Source: Bifidobacteriaceae bacterium (lineage in GTDB: Bacteria > Actinomycetota > Actinomycetes > Actinomycetales > WQXJ01). Taken from it: a stretch of DNA of 64,000 nt. Location of the stretch: positions 15,529 through 79,528 of the forward strand of contig JAIRXP010000027.1 of NCBI GenBank assembly GCA_031268215.1, read 5' to 3'. Both the position numbers and the translations under genes were made by a program. The notes beneath the pieces were generated by a model that saw nothing but the letters and a program-made list of their open reading frames with translations, was not told where the DNA came from and ran no database searches. Shown piece by piece: positions 8,925 through 19,031 of this stretch; within the stretch, counting starts at the first letter, position 1; each line of letters opens with the position of its first letter.

Positions 8925-9002
8925 GCTGAAACCCGTGCCGTTGAGCCGAGTTTTGCCTACCCGGTGTCTCCATGAAAGATCCGACCATGGGAAGAAGATC
9001 CT
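8925..9002. repeat. Copy A of the recurring intergenic element (both modules)
   Basis: 8925-8966 matches 6949-6990 at 34 of 42 positions. 8942-9002 matches 26377-26437 at 46 of 61 positions, ungapped and aligned by hand. Confidence 0.75.
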
Positions 9003-9026
9003 GTGGTGCTGTCGCAGGTCTTGGAG

Positions 9027-9059
9027 CCTTGGAGGCCGGTTCTTGACCGGCGTCCAAGG
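9027..9059. repeat. Palindromic hairpin sharing an identical 21-nt core with 37322-37342
   Basis: CCTTGGAgGCCGGT-tcttg-ACCGGCgTCCAAGG. The core GCCGGTTCTTGACCGGCGTCC (9035-9055) is identical at the second locus. It lies 11-43 nt downstream of the stop of the minus-strand gene 9070-10404, so it may act as a U-tract-less terminator. Confidence 0.8.
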
Positions 9060-9069
9060 TGCCAGTTGG

Positions 9070-10404
9070 TTAGGAGTCATCGGTTGCCTTCCACGGTACT
9101 CGGGGCTTGGGGGCTAGTGGGTCTTCGGCTAGGCCGGCGAACCCCGCGGGTTCGCCGGGGCTGGGATGGGCGGCTGGACCGCCCACGCCCAAGGGATTGC
9201 CCAAACCGTCCAAACCGCCCAGGCTGCCTATCTGGGCGGAACCTAGGGGCGGGATGGCCGTCCCGGCTGGTGCCGGACCTCCCAGCGGGCTCCGGAGAGA
9301 CGGTTGGGCGAAGGCCCCGGCCTGGGGCACGGTTGGATCTGGGGTGAAAGCCGCTGGGGCCGGTGACTGGTTCGATCCCAGTGGCCTGGACGGCATCTCC
9401 GAAGGGGCCTGGGAACGGGGCTTTCGAAGTTTGATTGGTGACGGCACAGTTGAGGGATGTGCGCCGTCAGGCGCCGGCGTGGCCCATCGCGTCCGTTGGC
9501 GCCAAAGCAGCCCGCCTCCGCCGGCGGCGGCGAGGGCCAGAATGCCACAGATGATCCACAAGACAATTGGGGTGGTCCGGCTTTGGTCTAAGGCGGCGCC
9601 GGAGGCCTCGGTTAGGACGCGCAGCGCACTGCCGCGGGGATCGCTCTGCGGCACTTCCTGGTCAATCCGCACTGGAATCGACAGTGTTGGCTGCTCGGGT
9701 TGATCGGTTGTCGCGGCTGCTTCCGTGGTCCGCGTTTCTATCATCGACTCGGCGAAGGCCTTGGCCTGCGGGGCCAAGATCTCGTTGTGGAACAAGGAAG
9801 GGGCCTTCTGGGCAAAGTTCCATAATGCTTGGCGGAGGATGGTGAAGTTGGCGGGGTATTCTTCGGCACCAATCAAAGTGCCGGTTGTGAGTTCTTTACG
9901 GGCCTTGGAAACGCGGTCCGCCGGGTCATTGAACAACAGCTGGGTCTGGTGGTCAGCGCCTTTGGTGGCGAGCCCCATCGAATCCAACCCGTAGGCGCGG
10001 GCTGCTGTGCCAAGAGCGGCGGCGGCGTTGTCTAACGGCCCAGGTTCGGGCTCGTGATCCGTGATTTGCGAGGTGCTCCAATCACTTCGCTCGGTATATA
10101 GCGCCCGGTCCGCTTGGTTGACCGCGTTGAGCAGGGTGGCCAACTCCTGGTCGCGGGCTGATTGCCCGTAACCGCGGGATGCCGCCAAAGCGAATCCGCC
10201 GCAAGCGACGGCCAGGACAGCGACGATGATGGTCGCGACCATGACGATGAGCCGTAACTCTCGGTAGTCCGGACCGGCCGGGGCGGCAGGGGGAGCTACC
10301 GCCGTTGGGTGGGCCTGGGTCGTTGTCATGCTTAACCATTCCATTGTGCGTCGGGCCTGAAGACCGGTGAGCAGGCGGGCCGCGGTCCCAGTTGGTATTT
10401 TCAC
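9070..10404 (-). CDS. Membrane protein, paralog of 6995-8890 (two-TM helical ectodomain plus Pro/Gly-rich tail); hypothetical
   Basis: TM segments LIVMVATIIVAVLAVACGGFALA and IVLWIICGILALAAAGGGGLLW. Shared motifs with the neighbour are TLLNAVNQADRALY versus DLMRAVDNAGRAAL and FNDPADRVSKARK versus LSDPSGALSKARA. The start is uncertain (10404, 10344 or 10329). Confidence 0.6.
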   Translation of the reverse strand: MKIPTGTAARLLTGLQARRTMEWLSMTTTQAHPTAVAPPAAPAGPDYRELRLIVMVATIIVAVLAVACGGFALAASRGYGQSARDQELATLLNAVNQADRALYTERSDWSTSQITDHEPEPGPLDNAAAALGTAARAYGLDSMGLATKGADHQTQLLFNDPADRVSKARKELTTGTLIGAEEYPANFTILRQALWNFAQKAPSLFHNEILAPQAKAFAESMIETRTTEAAATTDQPEQPTLSIPVRIDQEVPQSDPRGSALRVLTEASGAALDQSRTTPIVLWIICGILALAAAGGGGLLWRQRTRWATPAPDGAHPSTVPSPIKLRKPRSQAPSEMPSRPLGSNQSPAPAAFTPDPTVPQAGAFAQPSLRSPLGGPAPAGTAIPPLGSAQIGSLGGLDGLGNPLGVGGPAAHPSPGEPAGFAGLAEDPLAPKPRVPWKATDDS

Positions 10405-10486
10405 CTACCGGAGACGTTACCCCAGAAGGCGACCCGAGTCACTTGCCGTCATGGAGAGAATACTGCCCATCGCGGGCGGACGCTAG

Positions 10487-12934
<2,448 letters not shown>

Positions 12935-13046
12935 GGGGGACTGGCCGGGCGGGTGGCCCGAATGGGCCGGACCCCGTGCTGGCGAGGCAGTGACGCTAGT
13001 GCGATTCCGCGGCCGTGGCAAGAGCTGCGACAGCTGCAGACGCCAA

Positions 13047-13062
13047 ATAAACAGGTGTTTAT
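13047..13062. promoter_or_regulatory. Perfect palindrome ATAAACA-GG-TGTTTAT in an AT-rich island upstream of the repeat-domain secreted protein
   Basis: Read directly from the sequence. It lies ~90 nt upstream of the ATG at 13153, in the most AT-rich stretch seen in this part of the window. Confidence 0.4.
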
Positions 13063-13152
13063 AGATGGGTTAGGTAGTAACCGTGAGATTTTGGTACTAG
13101 CATTCTGGAAGCAGTTCACGTGGCAGCAACCAGTGCAAGGAAGCAGGACCCC

Positions 13153-14610
13153 ATGGTAAACGAGAAGACAGGCGGTCGCCCAGGTTCGGAGGCGCGCGCC
13201 TCCAAGCGCCGCTTCGCGGCGTTGCTGGCCGCTATCGCAATGGCGGCGGTGGCCGTAGTAGCGGGACCCGGTGCGGTCGCTGAGCCGGCGAACGCGGCAT
13301 CCACCAGCACCTGGAATGTCAGCGCTAGCGGAACGAACGTTCCAGGATCGATCAGCCTGACAACCACCGGATCATGGACCGCGTCGGCCTCGGCAACATG
13401 GGTAACGCTATCCGCGACGTCTGGGAAGGGTAACGCCTCAATCAAGGTGAATGTGGCGCCGAACACTTCGACCAGCACCCGGACGGCGACGGTCACGGTG
13501 AAGGCCTCTGGGACCACCGTGTACCTGGCCACTATCAGCCAGGCCGGGATGCGCGTGACCTCCCTGTCATGGTCACCCGGTGCGACCGGCGGAACCTACT
13601 CGGTAACTGGGAGCCCGAACGGACAGTGGACGGCGGCATCGTCCGCTTCGTGGGTGACTGTTTCGCCTAGCTCCGGTACCGGCGCCGCCACCACCATCAG
13701 ATTGAGCGCCGGGGCGAACACCGGCACCTCGTCGCGCAGCGCGACTGTATCTGTCAAGATCAACGGCGTGACGATCTGGGTCATCAACGTCACCCAGGCC
13801 GGGGCTGCCGCGAAGACACTCAATTGGACGCCTGGCGCGGGCGGCGGCGTGTACTCGCTGTCGCTGACGCCCAACGCGGCCTGGACGGCCGAATCGTCCG
13901 CTTCTTGGGTTACCGTGTCACCCGCTTCGGGAACCGGCACGGCGGCCACTCTTCGCCTGACGGCCAGCGCGAACACCGGCACCTCGGCGCGCTCGGCCAC
14001 GGTTTCCGTGAAGGTCAACGGCGTGGCGCTGTGGGTGGTGAACCTGACTCAAGCGGGCAAGGCAGCGGCTCCGGTCACACCGCCACCTCCTTCCGCGACC
14101 ACAACGGTTTGGAACGTCGGAGCTTCGGGGTGGAACGCACCGGCCGTATTGAGCTATTCGACGACTCAAGCCTGGACGGCCACCTCGTCGGCGGCTTGGC
14201 TGACCGTCTCGCCAGCGTCTGGCACCGGCAGCGCCTCCATCAAGGTGAACGCGGCGGCGAATTCTTCGTCGGAGGCGAGGTCAGCTACGGTGACGCTGAA
14301 AGTCTCCGGTGTCGTGGCGCACGTGGTGACCGTCAACCAGGCTGCGGCGCCATCCCCCGGTACGGCGACCTGGAATGTGGGCGCAGCGGGGTGGAGTTCG
14401 CCGGCGCAGATCAGTTGGTCGTCGAGCCGTGCCTGGACGGCGACTTCCTCGGCTTCGTGGGTGACCGTCTCGCCTGGTTCAGGGAGCGGCAGCGCCACGA
14501 TCAAGGTGGATGTGGCCAAGAACACTTCCAAGGCGGCGCGGTCCGCCACAGTCACGCTCAAGGACAACGGGCTGACAGCGTATGTGGTGACCGTCAAACA
14601 ATCTGGGTGA
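13153..14610 (+). CDS. Secreted protein with five tandem ~80-aa BACON-like/Ig-like repeats
   Basis: The signal peptide carries KRRF followed by a hydrophobic run and AEPANA. There are five repeats of the pattern W(N/S)...W(T)A.SSA.W(V/L)TVSP.SG(T/S)G.A...(V/L)...N(T/S)....R(S/T)ATV(T/S)(V/L)K..G......V.Q(A/S)G. Confidence 0.7.
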   Translation: MVNEKTGGRPGSEARASKRRFAALLAAIAMAAVAVVAGPGAVAEPANAASTSTWNVSASGTNVPGSISLTTTGSWTASASATWVTLSATSGKGNASIKVNVAPNTSTSTRTATVTVKASGTTVYLATISQAGMRVTSLSWSPGATGGTYSVTGSPNGQWTAASSASWVTVSPSSGTGAATTIRLSAGANTGTSSRSATVSVKINGVTIWVINVTQAGAAAKTLNWTPGAGGGVYSLSLTPNAAWTAESSASWVTVSPASGTGTAATLRLTASANTGTSARSATVSVKVNGVALWVVNLTQAGKAAAPVTPPPPSATTTVWNVGASGWNAPAVLSYSTTQAWTATSSAAWLTVSPASGTGSASIKVNAAANSSSEARSATVTLKVSGVVAHVVTVNQAAAPSPGTATWNVGAAGWSSPAQISWSSSRAWTATSSASWVTVSPGSGSGSATIKVDVAKNTSKAARSATVTLKDNGLTAYVVTVKQSG

Positions 14611-14628
14611 CCCTCCTCACCCGGCCCC

Positions 14629-14666
14629 GGGGCCCTGGCCGCCACTCCGATGGGTGGCCAGGGCCC
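14629..14666 (+). terminator. Intrinsic terminator-like hairpin after the repeat-domain gene
   Basis: GGGGCCCTGGCC(g)CCAC-tccga-tGGGTGGCCAGGGCCC followed by TTAATTGTG, 19 nt after the stop. Confidence 0.6.
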
Positions 14667-14884
14667 TTAATTGTGCGCTGGAACGCGGCACGAGTTCGGC
14701 CCCCAGCCCAGGGCGGCGCCCAATCTGGACAACCCGCGGGGTAACGCGGAGGCGGGCCGGGCGGCATCGGCCACCGGAGGCGCGGAACTGAACTCGAACT
14801 CTGCGGGCCGAACTGTGCGGCCGCTGACACCTGCCTGCCGTGGCCGGAAACCTCCACCGCGACCCGGACGGGCGGCGAGGGCTG

Positions 14885-16216
14885 CTAGCACTTAGTGGGA
14901 GCCTTGAGGGGAGTGACGAATTCGTCATCGGACGGCGGCAGATCAGTTGTGGCGCCGGGCTCCTTCGAGGAGGAATCCGGGGGTGGGGTGCTTGGCTCGG
15001 TGCTGGCAGGCGTCTCAGGATGCGCGGCCTTGTACGGGGTGGTACCTGGAACGGGCTGATCCGCGGCCATGACCTGGAAAACCTCCTGGGCGTTGAGACC
15101 GCCAAAGCGTCCCGGAGTTCCCCATTCCGCCAGGATCACCCGGTCCTTGTCTGACGGGGCCTCGCCCCAGGGGGCCGTGAATAGCGAAACGTTCGCCATC
15201 TTGATGTCCCGCAACACGTATGCGAGCCCAGCCAATGAAGTGATGGAACCCAGTTCTTCGCCCACATAGAGTGACTTGGTGATGGCGGTGGCGGTGGCAT
15301 TCAATTTGGGCAATGACTGAAGGTTGCCAGAGTCCATGAATTCGCTGATAACGGTAGCGATCAATTCTTGTTGACGTGAAATACGTGACGTGTCTGAACC
15401 ATCAAGCCGACCAGCGGACGTTGTGCCTTTGCGGGTCCGTGCGAAGGCCAGCGCGGTGGAGCCATCTAAGTGATTCATCCCCGGCGGCAGGTTGATCTTT
15501 GATTCCTTGCCAACCAGGCCGTCAGGCACGCAAATGTCAATGCCACCAAGGCCATCCACCACATTCGCGAAGCCCGCGAAGTCAACCAAGATGAAAGTAT
15601 CGAGCCGAATATTGGTGACCTGCTCGATGGTCTTCATGACACAGGCGACCCCCTCGGTCTTGTTCGCCGAATCGCCGGCGGCGCCACGCGAGAAGGACGC
15701 ATTGATTTGCTCCTGCCGCAGGGGCTCCGCTACCGAGCGGTCCGGGCGCACGCAGGCTGGAATGGGGATCAGGGTATCCCGCGGAATCGCCACCACATCA
15801 ACCCGGGAGCGGTCCTTGGAAATATGGGCGATCATGTTGACGTCGTTGAGAAGCGAAGGCGTCCAGGTGGCGCTCTTAGGCCCAGCTTCACGTACAACCG
15901 CCGCGTTGTCGCCATCGCGGGTGTCAATCGCGGTGATGAGAATGTTCACGCTCCGCCCACCAAAAGGATCAAGCGGGGCCCCGCCGCCGTCGCCCTTTTC
16001 TTGATCGGGCCGGTTAAGGCCGAGCAAATCATTGACGCCGTGCAAGACGTCGATGTTAGCGTCCAGTTGCCGGAGCCGCTCAGCCACGGCCACGCCGCTG
16101 CTGAGGGCCAGAGCGACAACTACGGTGACCGCGATCTTGAAACCCCGGTGGCGATTGACCGTCAGCCGGTGTTTCGACGGCTGAGGTAGGTGGGTGGCCG
16201 CATGACGCGGTTGCAC
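14885..16216 (-). CDS. LCP (LytR-CpsA-Psr) family cell-envelope glycopolymer transferase
   Basis: N-terminal TM. Core motifs NILITAIDTRDGD, HISKDRSRVDVVAIPRDT and DTFILVDFAGFANVVDGLGGIDICVP. GAAGGAG lies 5 nt before the GTG start. Confidence 0.88.
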   Translation of the reverse strand: MQPRHAATHLPQPSKHRLTVNRHRGFKIAVTVVVALALSSGVAVAERLRQLDANIDVLHGVNDLLGLNRPDQEKGDGGGAPLDPFGGRSVNILITAIDTRDGDNAAVVREAGPKSATWTPSLLNDVNMIAHISKDRSRVDVVAIPRDTLIPIPACVRPDRSVAEPLRQEQINASFSRGAAGDSANKTEGVACVMKTIEQVTNIRLDTFILVDFAGFANVVDGLGGIDICVPDGLVGKESKINLPPGMNHLDGSTALAFARTRKGTTSAGRLDGSDTSRISRQQELIATVISEFMDSGNLQSLPKLNATATAITKSLYVGEELGSITSLAGLAYVLRDIKMANVSLFTAPWGEAPSDKDRVILAEWGTPGRFGGLNAQEVFQVMAADQPVPGTTPYKAAHPETPASTEPSTPPPDSSSKEPGATTDLPPSDDEFVTPLKAPTKC

Positions 16217-16385
16217 ATAAACTCCTTCGGATTTGGAACAACAATCAGTTAAGAGAGTAGATGAGCCAAGCGCTCAGACAGAGAAGGCGCAGGTGAGGGC
16301 CGGTAAAAGTTTCGTGGAGATCCACCAAGCCGGCCGGCGTTTAGGACGGAGGTCCAAATCAAGCCCGGAGTCATGGCTGACCCGC

Positions 16386-17753
16386 TCAATTGGCCGGACC
16401 GGTCCATGTGCCGGTTCGGATGGCCTCGAAATCGAGTGGCGCACGCTCTGGGTCCAGCAACACGGCTGATCCGATCCCGCCCGGCTGATAGTTCAAAGAC
16501 TTAATGGTTGGAGTTCCCTGAATGCCATCTGGACCGGTGGCGGCCTTGAAGTCGAGCAAGAGACGTCCCAAAGACAGGATGTTGGCGTCCTGATCGACCG
16601 TCAGGGCATCGGTACCGGCGTTGACCAATTGGATCTGACGTATCGGGTTCCAAAGCAAAGATGGGTCGATCGCCTTCTTGATGACCGCTGCCAGGACCTG
16701 GCGCTGGCGGTCTCCCCGGCCTATGTCGCCCATCGGGTCGGCCTTGCGCATCCGGCTGAAGGCCAGGGCACCGGCTCCGTCCACGTCATGGCAGCCGGCC
16801 TCCCAGTTGAGCTTAGAGTCCCGGTCTGAGACGGACCGGTCCATGCACAGGTTGACTCCGCCGACGGCATCGACCAACTCGGTGACGGACCCAAACCCCA
16901 CCTCGACGTAACGGTCAACGTGCAGACCGGTCAGGTCCTGGACAGTTTGAACCAGCAGGCTGGGCCCGCCGTATGAGTAGGCGGAGTTGATCTTCTGGCC
17001 ACCGTAGCCGGGCACTTGGGCGTAGGTGTCACGGGGCAGCGAGATCAGATAAGCCTGACTATTCGGGGCCACGTGGACCAGAATCAAGGAGTCCGCCCGG
17101 GCCCCGGAGGTTGGATCATTGATACCGCCGGTCCCGCGTTTGTCGGAGCCCGCTACCAGGTAGGTCCGTCCCGAATTGATTCCGCCGGCGGTTAGCGCGT
17201 TGACGTGCTGAAGCTTGCTGTTGGCCCACAGCGCCAGGCCCGCTGGCCAGGCGACCGCCAGAATCAGCAGTACGGCCAAGATCCCGGCGAGCCGGCGTCC
17301 CCGGCGCCGCTTCTTGGGTCGCGGGTACGGGGCGGCATATGGTGCGGGATAGCCGTCGCCCGGATGCGCCTGGCCCGGCTCCGCGTAGGGCGCGTCCTGG
17401 GCGGAATAGGCCTGGGGCGCTGCTGCCACTCGGCGGGGAGAAGACCTGGGCCGGGCGGCCTGGGACGGCGCCTCGTGTACCGGCAGGGGCCGGCCTCCGG
17501 CGCGGCGCGGGCTGTCGGCGGGCGGAGTGTCTGGGGGCAGCTCTTGGGCGAAGTCCCGAGCGATCCGCGTGGGGACCTCGGTGGGCAGAACCGGTGCGAC
17601 GGCGGTCGGCGGTAATTCTTCCGCTGCTGGGACACCCCGTGACGGGCTGGACGGCAGGAGCGGGTTGACCGGACCGGCCGTGCGCCGGCGGACGGCCGGC
17701 GATTTGGCCGGACGGAACTGGGGAAGGTCGTCGCGGTGAGCCATCACGGTCAT
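16386..17753 (-). CDS. LCP (LytR-CpsA-Psr) family protein with Pro-rich cytoplasmic N-terminus
   Basis: Motifs TYLVAGSDKRG, RADSLILVHV, LISLPRDTY and YVEVGFGSVTELVDAVGGVNLCM. The start is likely the Met at 17753 or 17744 rather than the ORF start at 17921. Confidence 0.85.
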   Translation of the reverse strand: MTVMAHRDDLPQFRPAKSPAVRRRTAGPVNPLLPSSPSRGVPAAEELPPTAVAPVLPTEVPTRIARDFAQELPPDTPPADSPRRAGGRPLPVHEAPSQAARPRSSPRRVAAAPQAYSAQDAPYAEPGQAHPGDGYPAPYAAPYPRPKKRRRGRRLAGILAVLLILAVAWPAGLALWANSKLQHVNALTAGGINSGRTYLVAGSDKRGTGGINDPTSGARADSLILVHVAPNSQAYLISLPRDTYAQVPGYGGQKINSAYSYGGPSLLVQTVQDLTGLHVDRYVEVGFGSVTELVDAVGGVNLCMDRSVSDRDSKLNWEAGCHDVDGAGALAFSRMRKADPMGDIGRGDRQRQVLAAVIKKAIDPSLLWNPIRQIQLVNAGTDALTVDQDANILSLGRLLLDFKAATGPDGIQGTPTIKSLNYQPGGIGSAVLLDPERAPLDFEAIRTGTWTGPAN

Positions 17754-17880
17754 ACTAGGCCGGGCGCAGGCACGGGGCGTCCTCCTGGCGGGGCATGGCC
17801 GAAATGGGCGTGGCACAGTGGTTTGGCAATCGAGCCTCAACCCGCAACTTAGGATTGATGCCGTGGCTGGTAAAGATGGC

Positions 17881-18969
17881 ATGCGGGGCTCGGCTCCAGG
17901 CCGCCCGGATGCCTCGGCCAATCAGGATGCCGTGGGCCAGGCCCAGTCCTGGCCGGAGGTTTCGCTCATTGTGGTCGCTCTTGACCAGGACTACGCCCGC
18001 CAGGCGGTAGCCCGACTGTTGGCCAATCCGTACCCAGGCGAATTCGAGATCCTGCTCGCCGCCCCGGCCCAGGAGGACCATCCGGCCGCCGGCGACCCTT
18101 TGGACGGCCTGGCGGCCGATCCTAGGGTGACGGTTGTCCACGCGAAGTCCGCCGCTAAGGCGACGTTGGTCAATGCCGCCGCCTTCGCTGCCCAGTATTC
18201 AGTCTTGTCCCAGGTCAGGCGCGGCGCCGGGGACTGGGTTGAGCTGCTCAAGCGGGCCGCCTCGGCCATGCGAGTGACCGGAGCGGACGTGGTGGGTGGT
18301 GCGTCCGTGGCGTTTGGCCTGGGTTCAGCCGAACAGGCGATTTCTAGAGCCTTGAACTCGCGGCTGGGCGTGGGGCCCCGGCGTCCGGGTGCTGGCGTGG
18401 CTAAAGGACCAGCTGACTCAGTGCGAATGGTGGCCATCCGTCGTGATGCCTTTGAGCGGGTGGGTGGGCTGAATGAGGATTTCGCCGGCGCACAGGATTG
18501 GGAGTTACAGCACCGCGTCCGGCGGGCCGGCGGGATGGTCTGGATGGACCCGTCCTTGGCCGTGCGGGGGCGGACCCCAGGGTCGGGGCGGGAATTGGCT
18601 CAGTCCATGTTCCGGGCCGGGGCCTGGCGGCGGCGAGTGATAGCGGCCCATCCCGATTCTTCGGCCTGGCGTTACGTGGTGGCGCCGGTGCTGGTGGCTG
18701 GGCTGATCTTGGCCGTGGCGGGCGGCGCCGCCGGGGCCTTGGTAGGGGTGGCCTGGGCTTGGTGGGTTATGGCGGCACCATTGGTGTACGCGGCGGCGGC
18801 GGCCATCGCCGTAGCGTTCGCCTCGCCCGGGCTGCGCTTGGGCGGCAAGATCAGGATGTGGTGCGCCGTTATGACGGTCCACCTGTCCTGGGGCGCGGGC
18901 TTCTTGTTTGGCCACTGGTTTAGGCGCGGGCGCGCCGCGAACCCGGCGAGCCGCGGCCGGTCCGCCTGA
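17881..18969 (+). CDS. Glycosyltransferase family 2 with C-terminal TM segments
   Basis: VSLIVVALDQD..FEILL is a GT-A N-terminus, followed by RRDAFERVGGLNEDFAGAQDWELQHR and a hydrophobic C-terminus. The start is uncertain (17818, 17881 or GTG 17932). Confidence 0.8.
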   Translation: MRGSAPGRPDASANQDAVGQAQSWPEVSLIVVALDQDYARQAVARLLANPYPGEFEILLAAPAQEDHPAAGDPLDGLAADPRVTVVHAKSAAKATLVNAAAFAAQYSVLSQVRRGAGDWVELLKRAASAMRVTGADVVGGASVAFGLGSAEQAISRALNSRLGVGPRRPGAGVAKGPADSVRMVAIRRDAFERVGGLNEDFAGAQDWELQHRVRRAGGMVWMDPSLAVRGRTPGSGRELAQSMFRAGAWRRRVIAAHPDSSAWRYVVAPVLVAGLILAVAGGAAGALVGVAWAWWVMAAPLVYAAAAAIAVAFASPGLRLGGKIRMWCAVMTVHLSWGAGFLFGHWFRRGRAANPASRGRSA

Positions 18970-19031
18970 ACCATCGGGCTGAACCGCGTGCCGTTTTCGG
19001 CCGGCGTGAACCTGGCGGCTACGATTGGCGG

